64,000 nucleotides of DNA from Chitinophagales bacterium (GTDB lineage: Bacteria > Bacteroidota > Bacteroidia > Chitinophagales > UBA10324), in NCBI GenBank assembly GCA_025057275.1, contig JANWXQ010000065.1, positions 20,511 to 84,510 of the forward strand, read 5' to 3'. Of the stretch, positions 21,213 to 31,423 are shown piece by piece; the stretch's first letter is position 1, and the number at the start of each line of letters is the position of its first letter. The position numbers were made by a program, and so were the translations under genes. A model generated the notes under the pieces. The model was not told where the DNA came from, did no database searches, and was given only the letters and a program-made list of their open reading frames with translations.

Positions 21213-23894
21213 CTACAATTTGCGTCGTACTTCTTCCTCCTCAAAGGCTTCGATGACGTCGCCTTCCTTGATGTCGTTGTAATTTTTTATTGCCAGCCCG
21301 CATTCCTGTCCGCTGACCACCTCGCGGACGTCGTCTTTGAAGCGTTTCAGCGAGGCCAGTTCGCCGGTGAATACGACAATACCGTCGCGCACTACGCGCA
21401 CTTTGTTGCTGCGCTGAATTTTTCCTTCCGTCACCTGACATCCGGCTACGGTTCCAACCTTCTTAATACGGAACACCTGACGCACTTCAGCCGTACCGAT
21501 AAATTTTTCTACTATATGCGGCTCCAGCATGCCTTCCATGGCATCGGTGAGCTCTTCCACCATGTGGTAGATGACGGAATACAGGCGGATATCAATTTTT
21601 TCCTTTTCCGCCAGTTGCCGGGCCTGCGGTGACGGACGCACCTGAAAGCCTATGATCACGGCATCGGAAGTTGCGGCCAGATTGACGTCGTTTTCGGTAA
21701 TCTGCCCTACGGCCTGGTGGATGACCTTGATGTTGATTTCAGGCGTGGACAGCTTGGCCAGGGCATCGGTAATGGCCTGCATGGAACCGTCAAAATCTGC
21801 CTTGACGATTACGTTCAGCTCTTTGAAATTACCCAGGGCACGGCGTCGGCCGATTTCTTCCAGCGTAATATGCTTGCGGGTGCGCAACCCCTGTTCACGC
21901 AGGATCTGCTGCCGCCGCTGCGCCAGATCCCTGGCCGGCTGCTCCGAATCAAACACCTTAAACTTTTCGCCGGCTTGCGGCAATCCTTCCAGCCCCAGCA
22001 CCTGCACCGGCGTGGAGGGCCCTGCTGCATCAATGCGGTGGCCGCGTTCGTTGAACATGTTGCGCACCCGCCCGAACTGGGCACCGGCAACCAGAATGTC
22101 CCCAATGTGCAGGGTGCCGTTTTGCACCAGCAGATTAGCCACATAACCCTTGCCACGGTCTTTGGTGGCTTCAATTACTGTGCCCGTAGCGTTGCGGTGG
22201 GGATTGGCTTTCAGATCCAACAGTTCCGCTTCCAGCAAAATTTTTTCCAGCAACTCATGAACGCCCTGACCCGTTTTGGCCGAAATCTCCTGCGATTGAT
22301 ACTTACCTCCCCATTCCTCTACGAGCAGGTTCATATCGGCCAGCTGCTGACGTATGCGTTCGGGCGAGGCTCCCGGTTTGTCCACCTTGTTTAAGGCAAA
22401 AATGATGGGGACTCCGGCCGCCTGGGCATGGCTAATGGCTTCCTTGGTCTGCGGCATGACACCGTCGTCGGCGGCAATTACAATGACGGCCACATCGGTC
22501 AGCTTGGCACCCCGGGCGCGCATGGCGGTGAACGCTTCGTGACCGGGAGTATCCAGAAATGTCAGCTTCTTTTGGTTCTCCAGGGTTACTTCGTAAGCGC
22601 CGATGTGCTGGGTAATGCCCCCCTTTTCTCCGGCCACGACATTGGTCTGACGGATAAAATCCAACAGCGAGGTTTTGCCGTGATCCACGTGACCCATTAT
22701 GGTTACTACAGGAGGCCTGGGCACCAACAGGGCCGGATCATCCAGCTGCTCCTCATCTTCCATTCTGGTTTGTTCTTCAAAAGAAATGAACTGGACATTG
22801 CGGCCGTATTCTGCAGCGATCAGTTCGATCAGGACGGCTTCCAGCCTCTGGTTGATGGAAACAACCTGTCCCAGGTTCAGACATTTTTGTAAGATTTCAT
22901 TAGCGGGCACATTGAGCAATTCCCCCAGCTCTCTGGGCGAAACAAATTCTGTAACCTGAAGGATTTCACCCTCCTGCCCGCCAGTCTTCTGGTTTTCGGA
23001 TAATGCCCGTTGGGGTGCGCTGCTTGGCTTTTGGCGGGTCTTGATGCCTTTGGCTTTGGGCTGCGGCGCCATGCGCGACCTGATCTCGCGGATGCGTTCG
23101 GCTGTTGACTTTTCCGGTGTTTCCGGCGCTTTTTCTTTCAGCGGTTGCTGACGCCGCTGTACATCGCCATCGGTGCGCAACGGCGGTCGCTCCGTTATGG
23201 GTCGGTCAGTTTTGTTGGTATAGATGCGTGTACGCGGCCGGCGCCCGGCGGGGGCTTCCCGGGTAACTTCTTCTGCAGGTTTGGTGCGCTGGGGCTTTTC
23301 GGTGGGAAGGTTTACAGTACCCAGTAACTTGACTCCGGGAAGCTGAGTTGGTTTACGGGAAATTTTCTCGGGTTGAGGAGGTGCTTCGGCGGTGTGGGTT
23401 TCTTCCGCTTTAGGTTCGGCATCCTTCGTTTCGATTGGGGGGGCCGGCGCTTCTGCGACGGATTTTTCTTCCGGGGCAGTCGTCTTTTTAGCGGTTCGGC
23501 GCCGTCCTGAGGTTACCGCTTCCAGCTTATCGGGATCCACCTTGTCAACAACCCGTGGGCCCTCTACCTTCACGGTAGAAGTAGCGATCTTTTGTGCCGG
23601 CTTTTCCGCAGCCGGAGTGGCAGAAGCAGAAGGTTTAACCGCAGGGGTCTCGCGTGGCTTTTCTTTTTCTACACGGCTATTGAGCCCGATTTGAGTGGCC
23701 TTTTCCTTTTCGTGACGGTCTTTGCTGAATTTTTTGAGCAGATATTCATAGGCAGCAGCAGAAATTTTTGCGCTGTGCTGTTTTTTTTCAGGCTGCAGCC
23801 CCACCTTTTCCAGCTCCTCATACAGATGGAGATAGCTGACATTTAGCTCTTTGGCTACTGCCTGAAGGCGCAATTCTCGTACTTCCTGTTCCAT
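21213..23894 (-). CDS. infB: Translation initiation factor IF-2
   Basis: [47 protein letters not shown]. Confidence 0.98.
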   Translation of the reverse strand: MEQEVRELRLQAVAKELNVSYLHLYEELEKVGLQPEKKQHSAKISAAAYEYLLKKFSKDRHEKEKATQIGLNSRVEKEKPRETPAVKPSASATPAAEKPAQKIATSTVKVEGPRVVDKVDPDKLEAVTSGRRRTAKKTTAPEEKSVAEAPAPPIETKDAEPKAEETHTAEAPPQPEKISRKPTQLPGVKLLGTVNLPTEKPQRTKPAEEVTREAPAGRRPRTRIYTNKTDRPITERPPLRTDGDVQRRQQPLKEKAPETPEKSTAERIREIRSRMAPQPKAKGIKTRQKPSSAPQRALSENQKTGGQEGEILQVTEFVSPRELGELLNVPANEILQKCLNLGQVVSINQRLEAVLIELIAAEYGRNVQFISFEEQTRMEDEEQLDDPALLVPRPPVVTIMGHVDHGKTSLLDFIRQTNVVAGEKGGITQHIGAYEVTLENQKKLTFLDTPGHEAFTAMRARGAKLTDVAVIVIAADDGVMPQTKEAISHAQAAGVPIIFALNKVDKPGASPERIRQQLADMNLLVEEWGGKYQSQEISAKTGQGVHELLEKILLEAELLDLKANPHRNATGTVIEATKDRGKGYVANLLVQNGTLHIGDILVAGAQFGRVRNMFNERGHRIDAAGPSTPVQVLGLEGLPQAGEKFKVFDSEQPARDLAQRRQQILREQGLRTRKHITLEEIGRRRALGNFKELNVIVKADFDGSMQAITDALAKLSTPEINIKVIHQAVGQITENDVNLAATSDAVIIGFQVRPSPQARQLAEKEKIDIRLYSVIYHMVEELTDAMEGMLEPHIVEKFIGTAEVRQVFRIKKVGTVAGCQVTEGKIQRSNKVRVVRDGIVVFTGELASLKRFKDDVREVVSGQECGLAIKNYNDIKEGDVIEAFEEEEVRRKL

Positions 23895-23946
23895 AGTTTC
23901 TGCTCTGCCTGCCGGTCATCCGGAAAGACTTCCGTAAACCTGCAGG

Positions 23947-25278
23947 CTAATTGTCAACGGTTTGGGCTGAAGCATCCTGTTGCGGTGCTTCATCGGTCGG
24001 TTTGGGCACTGGCTGTCCTGCATCCTGTCCTTCACTTTCAAATTCAGCCTGCAAAATTCGGATAACCTCGTCAACGGTTTCTTCTTCCAGGTCAGCACGG
24101 CGTGCAATTTCGTCGCGGCTCAGCGCAAGCACGCTGCGGGCCGTGTCGCAACCAATGCTGCGCAACTGGTCAATGATCCAGGGCTCTATTTCATCGGCAA
24201 ACTCCTTGAGATCGATGTCGTACTCGGCTTCACCGCCTTCCGATTCACGGAACACATCCAGCGTATAGCCGGTGAGCTTACTGGCCAGCCGGATGTTTAC
24301 CCCTCCCTTGCCGATGGCCAGGGAGATTTGATCGGGTTTCAGATAAACAATGGCCCGTTTGTTGGCTTCATCAATTTCCATAGAGCTGATCTTGGCCGGA
24401 GCCAGCGCACGGGTGATGAACAATTGGGTGTTGTTGGTGTAGTTGATGACATCGATGTTTTCGTTGCGCAGTTCCTTGACGATGCCGTGAATGCGTGAAC
24501 CGCGCATACCCACACAGGCACCTACAGGATCCACACGGTCGTCATAAGATTCCACGGCCACCTTGGCGCGCTCGCCGGGTTCGCGGGCAATGCGGCGGAT
24601 GCTGATCAGGCCATCAAATATTTCAGGAACCTCTTTTTCCATGAGTTTGGCCAGAAAGCGCGGATCGGTTCGTGAAACCACAATCAGCGGCTGGTTGCTG
24701 TTCATTTCCACCGATTTCACCACAGCACGCACCGTGTCGCCTTTGCGGAACAGGTCGGTGGGAATCTGTTCGCTTTTAGGCATTACCAGTTCATTGCCTT
24801 CATCATCCAGCAGCAAAATTTCCCTTCGCCAGATCTGATAAACTTCGCCGGTGATGATTTCCCCTTCTTTTTCCTTGTACTTGCGCAGCACTTCATCGCG
24901 CTCCAGCTCGGCAATGCGGCTGGCCAGGGTTTGCTTGGCAGTAAGAATGTTGCGGCGGCCGAATTCCTTTAAAATGTCCACCGGCTCCATAACTTCTTCG
25001 CCTAATTGGTAATCGGGTTCAATGGTTTGGGCTTCAGTAAGTCCGATTTGGGTATTGGCATCGGTCAGTTGATCATCTTCTACGATTAATCTGCGTCGCC
25101 ACACTTCCAGGTCGCCTTTTTCGGCATTGACGATGATGTCAAAGTTTTCATCGGTGCCGTATTTGCGGCGCAGAAGGGTGCGAAACATATCCTCAATGAG
25201 CTTCATCAGCTTGATGCGGTCTATGTTTTTGACGTTTATGAATTCGCCGAAAACATCAACTAAGGACTGATGGTTCAT
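23947..25278 (-). CDS. nusA: Transcription termination/antitermination factor NusA
   Basis: EVPEIFDG, AREPGERAKVAV, VDPVGACVGMRGSRI, AIGKGGVNIRLAS. Confidence 0.97.
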   Translation of the reverse strand: MNHQSLVDVFGEFINVKNIDRIKLMKLIEDMFRTLLRRKYGTDENFDIIVNAEKGDLEVWRRRLIVEDDQLTDANTQIGLTEAQTIEPDYQLGEEVMEPVDILKEFGRRNILTAKQTLASRIAELERDEVLRKYKEKEGEIITGEVYQIWRREILLLDDEGNELVMPKSEQIPTDLFRKGDTVRAVVKSVEMNSNQPLIVVSRTDPRFLAKLMEKEVPEIFDGLISIRRIAREPGERAKVAVESYDDRVDPVGACVGMRGSRIHGIVKELRNENIDVINYTNNTQLFITRALAPAKISSMEIDEANKRAIVYLKPDQISLAIGKGGVNIRLASKLTGYTLDVFRESEGGEAEYDIDLKEFADEIEPWIIDQLRSIGCDTARSVLALSRDEIARRADLEEETVDEVIRILQAEFESEGQDAGQPVPKPTDEAPQQDASAQTVDN

Positions 25279-25289
25279 GTTTTTTCGGT

Positions 25290-25751
25290 TTAGAAGTTAA
25301 TGACAACAAGCGTTGATTTGATGTTCACAAACGGCAATTCGGTTTGCCGGACGATGTTTTGCTTTTTTTCGCGGATGGTTTCTTCCAAAATGACCTTATC
25401 CTCATCAACGTAAAGCAGCACACCCCGTTTTTTTTCACCACTGTAAAGCACGACATCTACCGAACGGCCGATGTTTTTGCGGAACTGGCGCAAAACCCGC
25501 AGCGGCTGATCCAGGCCGGGCGATGAGACTTCCAGGGCATAACGGCTGGTAAACGAAAAGGCCTCATCCAACCGCCGCACCAGACTGCGGTTGATGCGCG
25601 CACAATCCTCAATGGTGATGTGCGGGTCGCGGTCTACAAACACCTGTACCTTATCGGTCCGGATCCGCAGATCCACCAGATACGCATCCAGCTCGTCCAG
25701 CACTTCTGCAATAACGGTCCGAATGCGCTGCTCGTCACTTGCGTTTAGCAT
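25290..25751 (-). CDS. rimP: Ribosome maturation factor RimP
   Basis: ITIEDCARINR, YALEVSSPGLDQPL; upstream of nusA. Start placed downstream of the leader hairpin. Confidence 0.92.
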   Translation of the reverse strand: MLNASDEQRIRTVIAEVLDELDAYLVDLRIRTDKVQVFVDRDPHITIEDCARINRSLVRRLDEAFSFTSRYALEVSSPGLDQPLRVLRQFRKNIGRSVDVVLYSGEKKRGVLLYVDEDKVILEETIREKKQNIVRQTELPFVNIKSTLVVINF

Positions 25752-25757
25752 GCCGTT

Positions 25758-25792
25758 AAACAAAAGAGGGGACATTGGCCAGTCCCCTCTTT
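25758..25792 (-). promoter_or_regulatory. rimP leader terminator/attenuator hairpin
   Basis: Minus strand AAAGAGGGGAC-TGGCCAAT-GTCCCCTCTTT-TGTTT, lying between the -7 element (TATCTTTG, 25806-25813) and the rimP ATG. Confidence 0.8.
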
Positions 25793-25834
25793 ACCGGAAC
25801 AGCAGCAAAGATACGGCAAATAGCTGAAGTAACG

Positions 25835-27106
25835 TCAACGAATCGTATCAAATCCGGCGTAGGGATGCAAACAAGCGGGAAGGCGAATGCCTTCCGGGCC
25901 CTGGTTGTTTTCCAGCAGGGTGGCTACGATGCGCGGCAGGGCCAAAGCGCTGCCATTCAGTGTATGGGCCGGATGCGTTTTACCGCTTTTATCGCGGTAG
26001 CGCAATTTCATGCGCAGGCTTTGAAAGGTTTCAAAGTTGGAAATGCTGCTGACCTCCAGCCAGCGCTGTTGAGCTCCGCAATACACCTCCACATCATAGG
26101 TAAGCGCTGAAGCGAAGCTCATGTCGCCTCCGCACAACTTGATAATGCGATAGGGTAACTCCAATTGCTGAACCAGCCGTTCCACCTGATCCACCATTTC
26201 TTCCAGGGCGCTGTAGCTACGTTCGGGATGATCAATGCGCACAATCTCCACCTTGTCAAACTGATGCAGACGATTCAACCCCCTGACATCCTTTCCATAG
26301 GAGCCGGCTTCGCGCCGGAAACAGGCCGAATAGGCCGTCAGTTTGATGGGTAAATCCTGCTCTTCCACAATCACGTCCCGGTAGATGTTGGTCAGGGGAA
26401 CCTCTGCCGTGGGTATCAGGTACAGTTCATCGGCATTGACGTAATACATCTGCTGATCCTTATCGGGCAACTGACCTGTGCCAAAAGCCGTATCGGCATT
26501 TACCAACAGGGGCGGTTCGTATTCAGTGTAGCCGGCGGCAACTGCCTGGTCCAGAAAAAAATTGATCAGTGCCCGTTGCAGTCTGGCTCCGGCGCCGCAG
26601 TAAAACGGAAAGCCGGCACCAGTGACCTTGTTGCCTGCCTCAAAGTCAATGAGTCCATAGTGCGCAGCCAGATCCCAGTGGGGCAAAGCATGCTGGGACA
26701 ATTGAGGCATGGTGCCTCCGGATCGCACCACCACATTATCGGCAGCCGTCTTCCCGTCGGGCACCGCATCGGCAGGTAGGTTCGGCAAGCGAACCAGCAG
26801 TTCATGAATGATGGCTTCTTGCTGCTGCAACTGATGCTCCAAATCCTGTACCTGCTGCTTAAGGGCAGTGCTTTGCTGCTTGAGCTCGTCTGCTTCCGCC
26901 TTCCTTCCCTGAGCCATCAGCTGACCAACCTGTCGGGAGAGCTGGTTAACCTGAGCCAGCAACTGGTCGCGGCGTGTTTGGCCGGCCCGACGTTCGCTGT
27001 CGTGCTGCAGGACCTGCTCCACCACCGGCCGCGCATCAAAGTGCTTTCTGGCCAGCTTTTGGATAACCAGCTCGGGATTGCTGCGGATAAGCGGCAGTCC
27101 TAACAT
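25835..27106 (-). CDS. serS: Serine--tRNA ligase
   Basis: LIPTAEVPLTN, FRREAGSYG, LNRLHQFDKVE, HTLNGSALALPR. The -7 element TATCTTTG at 27123-27130 supports the start at 27106. Confidence 0.97.
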   Translation of the reverse strand: MLGLPLIRSNPELVIQKLARKHFDARPVVEQVLQHDSERRAGQTRRDQLLAQVNQLSRQVGQLMAQGRKAEADELKQQSTALKQQVQDLEHQLQQQEAIIHELLVRLPNLPADAVPDGKTAADNVVVRSGGTMPQLSQHALPHWDLAAHYGLIDFEAGNKVTGAGFPFYCGAGARLQRALINFFLDQAVAAGYTEYEPPLLVNADTAFGTGQLPDKDQQMYYVNADELYLIPTAEVPLTNIYRDVIVEEQDLPIKLTAYSACFRREAGSYGKDVRGLNRLHQFDKVEIVRIDHPERSYSALEEMVDQVERLVQQLELPYRIIKLCGGDMSFASALTYDVEVYCGAQQRWLEVSSISNFETFQSLRMKLRYRDKSGKTHPAHTLNGSALALPRIVATLLENNQGPEGIRLPACLHPYAGFDTIR

Positions 27107-27213
27107 CAGCAAAAATTTCGCGCAAAGATAGGAGCGGGTATCAACGAGGCGGGATGCCGCAAAGGCTGCAGGGGCGATCACAACGGCTGTAAGGCCAGAT
27201 GCTGTTCCTGAAC

Positions 27214-27221
27214 TATTTTTG
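27214..27221 (+). promoter_or_regulatory. -7 element (TATTTTTG), implying a ~150-nt leader for marC
   Basis: Matches TAnnTTTG. Confidence 0.5.
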
Positions 27222-27375
27222 CACCGTGAGCTGCAACATTCCGATTGCCCATATTGCCTGCGGCCTCAGTTGACGGCGTCACCCTCGCTCCCCGGAGCGA
27301 AACAATTTCCCTTTTGTTTTTAATGGTTTAACCGGCCTGCCGGAAGATTGCGGCGGCCAAAAAATAGCTTCATCC

Positions 27376-27936
27376 ATGATCACACTTAATGGAGTGCTCA
27401 GCGTTGCCCTGACCTTGTTTTTGGTCATTGATGTGATGGGCAACGTGCCTTATATCCTTAACATTCGTCAGAAAACCGGCCCGCTCAACCCCACAGCCAT
27501 CGTGTTGTTTTCCGCATTGCTGCTGCTTCTGTTCACCTTTTTCGGGGAATCGTTGCTGCGGCTGCTGGGCATTGACGTTAGCTCCTTTGCCCTGGCCGGC
27601 TCCGTGGTTTTGCTGTTGCTGGCACTGGAAATGATTCTGGGAATATCCATTTTTCAGATTGAAGGCAGCGAGCGATCGGGAGGCATTGTGCCGGTAGCCT
27701 TTCCGCTGCTGGTGGGTGTGGGTACGCTGACCACCGTCATTGCCCTGCGCACCCAACACCGTCTTGGCGACTTGCTGGGCGGCATCGCCATCAACCTGCT
27801 CATCATCTATGTGGTGCTGCTTGCCCTGGATTGGCTGGACCGCAAACTGGGGCCTCAGGTGCTGATTGTATTAAAAAAATTTTTCGGCATCCTGCTGCTG
27901 GCCATCGCCGTGCAGTTGTTCCGCACCTACGCTTAA
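27376..27936 (+). CDS. MarC (NAAT) family membrane protein
   Basis: LFLVIDVMGNVP, SFALAGS, IVPVAFPLLVGVGTLTT, FGILLLAIAV. Confidence 0.9.
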   Translation: MITLNGVLSVALTLFLVIDVMGNVPYILNIRQKTGPLNPTAIVLFSALLLLLFTFFGESLLRLLGIDVSSFALAGSVVLLLLALEMILGISIFQIEGSERSGGIVPVAFPLLVGVGTLTTVIALRTQHRLGDLLGGIAINLLIIYVVLLALDWLDRKLGPQVLIVLKKFFGILLLAIAVQLFRTYA

Positions 27937-27942
27937 AAGGAG

Positions 27943-28344
27943 TCAGTAGCGGTCCTGGCACAACTCCACCAAAACGCCGTTGCAGTCCTTGGGATGTACG
28001 AAACAAACCCATTTGTTGTCTGCACCGGCACGCGGCTCGTCACTGAGCAAGGTAAAGCCAGCCTGCTTCAGCCGTTGCATTTCGGCACGGATGTCGCCCA
28101 CGGCAAACGCCACATGATGCAGCCCTTCGCCGCGGCGCTCCAGGTAACGCGCAATAACGCTTTGCGGATCGGTGGCCTCAAGCAATTCCACCTTGCTTTC
28201 ACCCATCCGGAAAAACGATGTGGTCACCCGCTCCGATTCCACCGTTTCGCGTTTGTATGGACCGGCGCCCAGAAGGCGCTCAAAAACTGCTTCTGCTTCC
28301 CTGAGGTTGCGTACGGCTATGCCCAGGTGTTCAATCTTGTTCAT
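27943..28344 (-). CDS. mce: Methylmalonyl-CoA epimerase
   Basis: IEHLGIAV, KVELLEAT, GEGLHHVAF, FVHPKDCNGVLVELCQ. Confidence 0.93.
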   Translation of the reverse strand: MNKIEHLGIAVRNLREAEAVFERLLGAGPYKRETVESERVTTSFFRMGESKVELLEATDPQSVIARYLERRGEGLHHVAFAVGDIRAEMQRLKQAGFTLLSDEPRAGADNKWVCFVHPKDCNGVLVELCQDRY

Positions 28345-28397
28345 CGGGTTTGAGGTTTAGGGTGAAACAGTAAAAAATTTTTTTTGCGGTTTTCATA

Positions 28398-28416
28398 AAA
28401 TAGAATCATTCTAAAC
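28398..28416 (+). promoter_or_regulatory. Fur/PerR-type palindromic operator upstream of iscS
   Basis: TAGAAT-C-ATTCTA perfect inverted repeat at 28401-28413, upstream of the -7 element TAGCTTTG (28431-28438). Confidence 0.7.
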
Positions 28417-28461
28417 AGGCATTTATTTAGTAGCTTTGCTGGGTAAGCTCAAAGTTAGACG

Positions 28462-29676
28462 ATGAAATTCCCCATCTACCTGGACAACAGCGCCACAACG
28501 CCTGTGGATCCGCGTGTGCTCGAGGCTATGCTGCCGTACTTCAAAGAAAAATTCGGCAATGCCTCCAGCCGTTCCCATTCCTTTGGCTGGATTGCCGAAG
28601 AAGCAGTGGACTATGCCCGAGAGCAGGTGGCGCGGCTGATTCAGGCCGACCCCAAAGAAATCATCTTCACCTCTGGTGCCACCGAATCCAACAACCTGGC
28701 GCTGAAGGGCGTGTTCGAAATGTACCAAAGTAAGGGCAACCACATCATCACCGTGGTCACCGAACACAAATGCGTTCTGGAAGCGGCCCGTCACTTGGAA
28801 CGTCAGGGAGCTGAAATCACCTACCTGCCCGTTAATTCCAAAGGGGAAATTGACCTTAGCCAGCTTGAAGACGCCATCCGGCCCACCACGGTGCTGATTT
28901 CGGTTATGTATGCCAACAACGAAATCGGTGTCATTCATCCCATCCGAGAAATCAGCGCCATAGCCGAGCGCCATGGTGTGCTGCTGCACACCGATGCCAC
29001 CCAGGCAGCCGGCAAGGTTCCGATCGACGTGAAAAAGGAGGGCATCCATTTGCTGAGCATGAGTGCCCATAAAATGTACGGACCCAAGGGAGTAGGTTGC
29101 CTCTACGTGCGGCGGCGTAACCCGCGGGTGAAGGTAACGGCTCAGATGGATGGCGGCGGACATGAGCGGGGTATGCGAAGCGGCACCCTGAATGTGCCCG
29201 GTATCGTGGGCTTTGGTGCAGCTTGTGAAATATGCAGCCGCGAAATGAAACAGGAAGCCGAACGGCTCAGCTACCTGCGCAATAAGCTGGAAATTGCCCT
29301 GCTGCAAATTGAAGAAGTCGCCCTGAACGGAAGCACGGAAAACCGCCTGCCCCACCTGACCAACCTCAGTTTCAAATGGGTGGAAGGTGAAGGGCTGATG
29401 ATGGCGTTCAACAAAGACATTGCCGTGTCCAGCGGCAGCGCCTGTACTTCAGCATCGTTGGAACCCAGCTATGTGCTGAAGGCATTGGGTCTGGGCGACG
29501 AACTGGCTCATTCGTCTATCCGGTTTTCCCTGGGTCGGTTCAATACCGAAGAAGAAATTGATTACACCATTGAGCGGGTTACCGATGCCGTACAGCGACT
29601 TCGTGAAATGAGCCCGCTCTGGGAAATGTATAAAGAAGGCATTGATTTAAAAACCGTTGAATTTCGTCCTCATTAA
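28462..29676 (+). CDS. iscS: IscS cysteine desulfurase
   Basis: [40 protein letters not shown]-terminal [15 protein letters not shown]. Confidence 0.96.
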   Translation: MKFPIYLDNSATTPVDPRVLEAMLPYFKEKFGNASSRSHSFGWIAEEAVDYAREQVARLIQADPKEIIFTSGATESNNLALKGVFEMYQSKGNHIITVVTEHKCVLEAARHLERQGAEITYLPVNSKGEIDLSQLEDAIRPTTVLISVMYANNEIGVIHPIREISAIAERHGVLLHTDATQAAGKVPIDVKKEGIHLLSMSAHKMYGPKGVGCLYVRRRNPRVKVTAQMDGGGHERGMRSGTLNVPGIVGFGAACEICSREMKQEAERLSYLRNKLEIALLQIEEVALNGSTENRLPHLTNLSFKWVEGEGLMMAFNKDIAVSSGSACTSASLEPSYVLKALGLGDELAHSSIRFSLGRFNTEEEIDYTIERVTDAVQRLREMSPLWEMYKEGIDLKTVEFRPH

Positions 29677-29700
29677 TTACCTTAAAAAATCCTTAGCGCC

Positions 29701-30132
29701 ATGGCTTACAGTAAAAAAGTTTTGGATCATTACGAAAACCCCCGCAACGTCGGCACGTTGGACAAAAACAAGATCAACGTAGGCACCGGGCTGGTCGGTG
29801 CACCGGAATGCGGCGACGTGATGCGCCTCCAGATCGAAGTGGATCCCGAAACCCAGCGCATTATTGACGCCAAATTCAAAACCTTTGGATGCGGTTCGGC
29901 TATAGCTTCTTCCTCTTTAGCCACTGAATGGATCATCGGCAAAACGGTAGATGAAGCCATGCAGCTGAATAACATGGATATCGTGGAAGAACTGGCCCTC
30001 CCGCCCGTTAAAATCCATTGTAGCGTGCTGGCTGAAGATGCCGTCAAGGCCGCCATCAACGACTACCGGGTCAAGAACGGCTTACCGCCCATTGCTGTAG
30101 AAGAACCTGCCAGCCAAAACGTCAATAACTGA
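29701..30132 (+). CDS. iscU: Fe-S scaffold IscU
   Basis: GAPECGDVM, FKTFGCGSAIASSS, LPPVKIHCS. Confidence 0.96.
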   Translation: MAYSKKVLDHYENPRNVGTLDKNKINVGTGLVGAPECGDVMRLQIEVDPETQRIIDAKFKTFGCGSAIASSSLATEWIIGKTVDEAMQLNNMDIVEELALPPVKIHCSVLAEDAVKAAINDYRVKNGLPPIAVEEPASQNVNN

Positions 30133-30167
30133 CCGGTTGGTTTGTTTTTTGCAGCGTGGACCTTGAA

Positions 30168-30494
30168 ATGATTACCATCAGCGAAAAAGCCAAAAACAAG
30201 GTGCTAAGCCTGGCCCGGGAAGCCGGCCTGGCGGATGATTGGTTTTTGCGCATCAGCGTGGTGGGAGGTGGCTGCTCCGGGTTGTCGTACAAGATGGATT
30301 TCGACACCGAACAAAAAAAGGACGATCAGCTTTTTGAGGATAAAGGCGTTCGGTTAGTCTGCGATCTGAAATCGTTTCTGTACTTGTGCGGCACCGAACT
30401 GGATTTTAGTGATGGCCTCAACGGAAAAGGCTTTCATTTCATCAACCCGAATGCCACCCGCACCTGTGGTTGCGGCGAAAGCTTTGCCGTTTAA
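30168..30494 (+). CDS. iscA: A-type Fe-S carrier IscA/HesB
   Basis: GGGCSGLSY, NPNATRTCGCGESF. Confidence 0.93.
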   Translation: MITISEKAKNKVLSLAREAGLADDWFLRISVVGGGCSGLSYKMDFDTEQKKDDQLFEDKGVRLVCDLKSFLYLCGTELDFSDGLNGKGFHFINPNATRTCGCGESFAV

Positions 30495-31270
30495 GCGATT
30501 TGCCGCTCGGCAAGCATAATAAGGCGCGGCGAAGTGGGCTCCTGGTAAGGGTCCAGATCATAGGAACCATAAACGGCTTGCAGCTTCAGGCCGCTTTTTT
30601 TGAACCACTTTTCAAAATCGCTTAACGTATACGCCTGCACGCGCTCGGTAAACTGCCGCGGCTTTGCTCCCGTTTCGTGAATGGTGATTTCCTTTACAAT
30701 TACCGGCCTGCTGCCCTGCTCGAAGCGGCGCCGTATCGTAAAGGCCACATCTCCCCTATGCACCACCTCTTCACTGATTAGGGTTTTCCGCACATAATGC
30801 ACATTTAAAAAGTCGATCACCAGCTTGCCGCCATCCTTCAGGGCCAGGATCATGTTGCGAAGCGCGCGGGCATTTTCGGTATCGGAAGAAAAATAGCCGA
30901 AGCTGGTAAACAGGTTAAAAACGGCATCGTAGTAGTTCACGTGCAGCAACTGCCTCATGTCGTGGAGGAAAAATGCCAGGCGGGGGCCGGCATACTGCCG
31001 GGCACGAGCGATGTTTTCGGCGGAAAGGTCAATACCGGTTACCTCAAAACCATAAGCGGCTAGAACGCGGGCATGCCGGCCATCGCCGCAACCCACATCC
31101 AGGATACGGGCCGTGGCCGGCAGGTTCAATAGCGGCAGGAGCTGGTCAATAAAACGAGCTGCTTCCTGCTCATCCCGGTGAGCATACAGCATGCGATAGT
31201 AAGGGGTACCGAACCAGTGCTCATACCAAGGAGGCGATTTGGAGTTTGTCGGAACAGGAGTCATGGACAT
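30491..31270 (-). CDS. Class I SAM-dependent methyltransferase
   Basis: ILDVGCGDGRH, GIDLS, NLFTSFGYF. Confidence 0.9.
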   Translation of the reverse strand: MSMTPVPTNSKSPPWYEHWFGTPYYRMLYAHRDEQEAARFIDQLLPLLNLPATARILDVGCGDGRHARVLAAYGFEVTGIDLSAENIARARQYAGPRLAFFLHDMRQLLHVNYYDAVFNLFTSFGYFSSDTENARALRNMILALKDGGKLVIDFLNVHYVRKTLISEEVVHRGDVAFTIRRRFEQGSRPVIVKEITIHETGAKPRQFTERVQAYTLSDFEKWFKKSGLKLQAVYGSYDLDPYQEPTSPRLIMLAERQIA

Positions 31271-31423
31271 TGGGGTAAAGAAAAAAGTTGCACCAAAGCA
31301 ATACTATTGCGCGGTGCAATGAAATCCATGCGCTCCAGGAAAAACAGCTAAATTTTGGCCGGAGAGGCCAGCAGGATGATTGTATTTCGGTCGGGTAAAA
31401 AAAAAGATCGTCTGCCTTTCCGC

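Noticed and set aside
31397-31405. A9 tract as a phase-variation site
   Set aside because: Probably upstream of the true start; short A-runs are common in this genome's leaders and Lys codons
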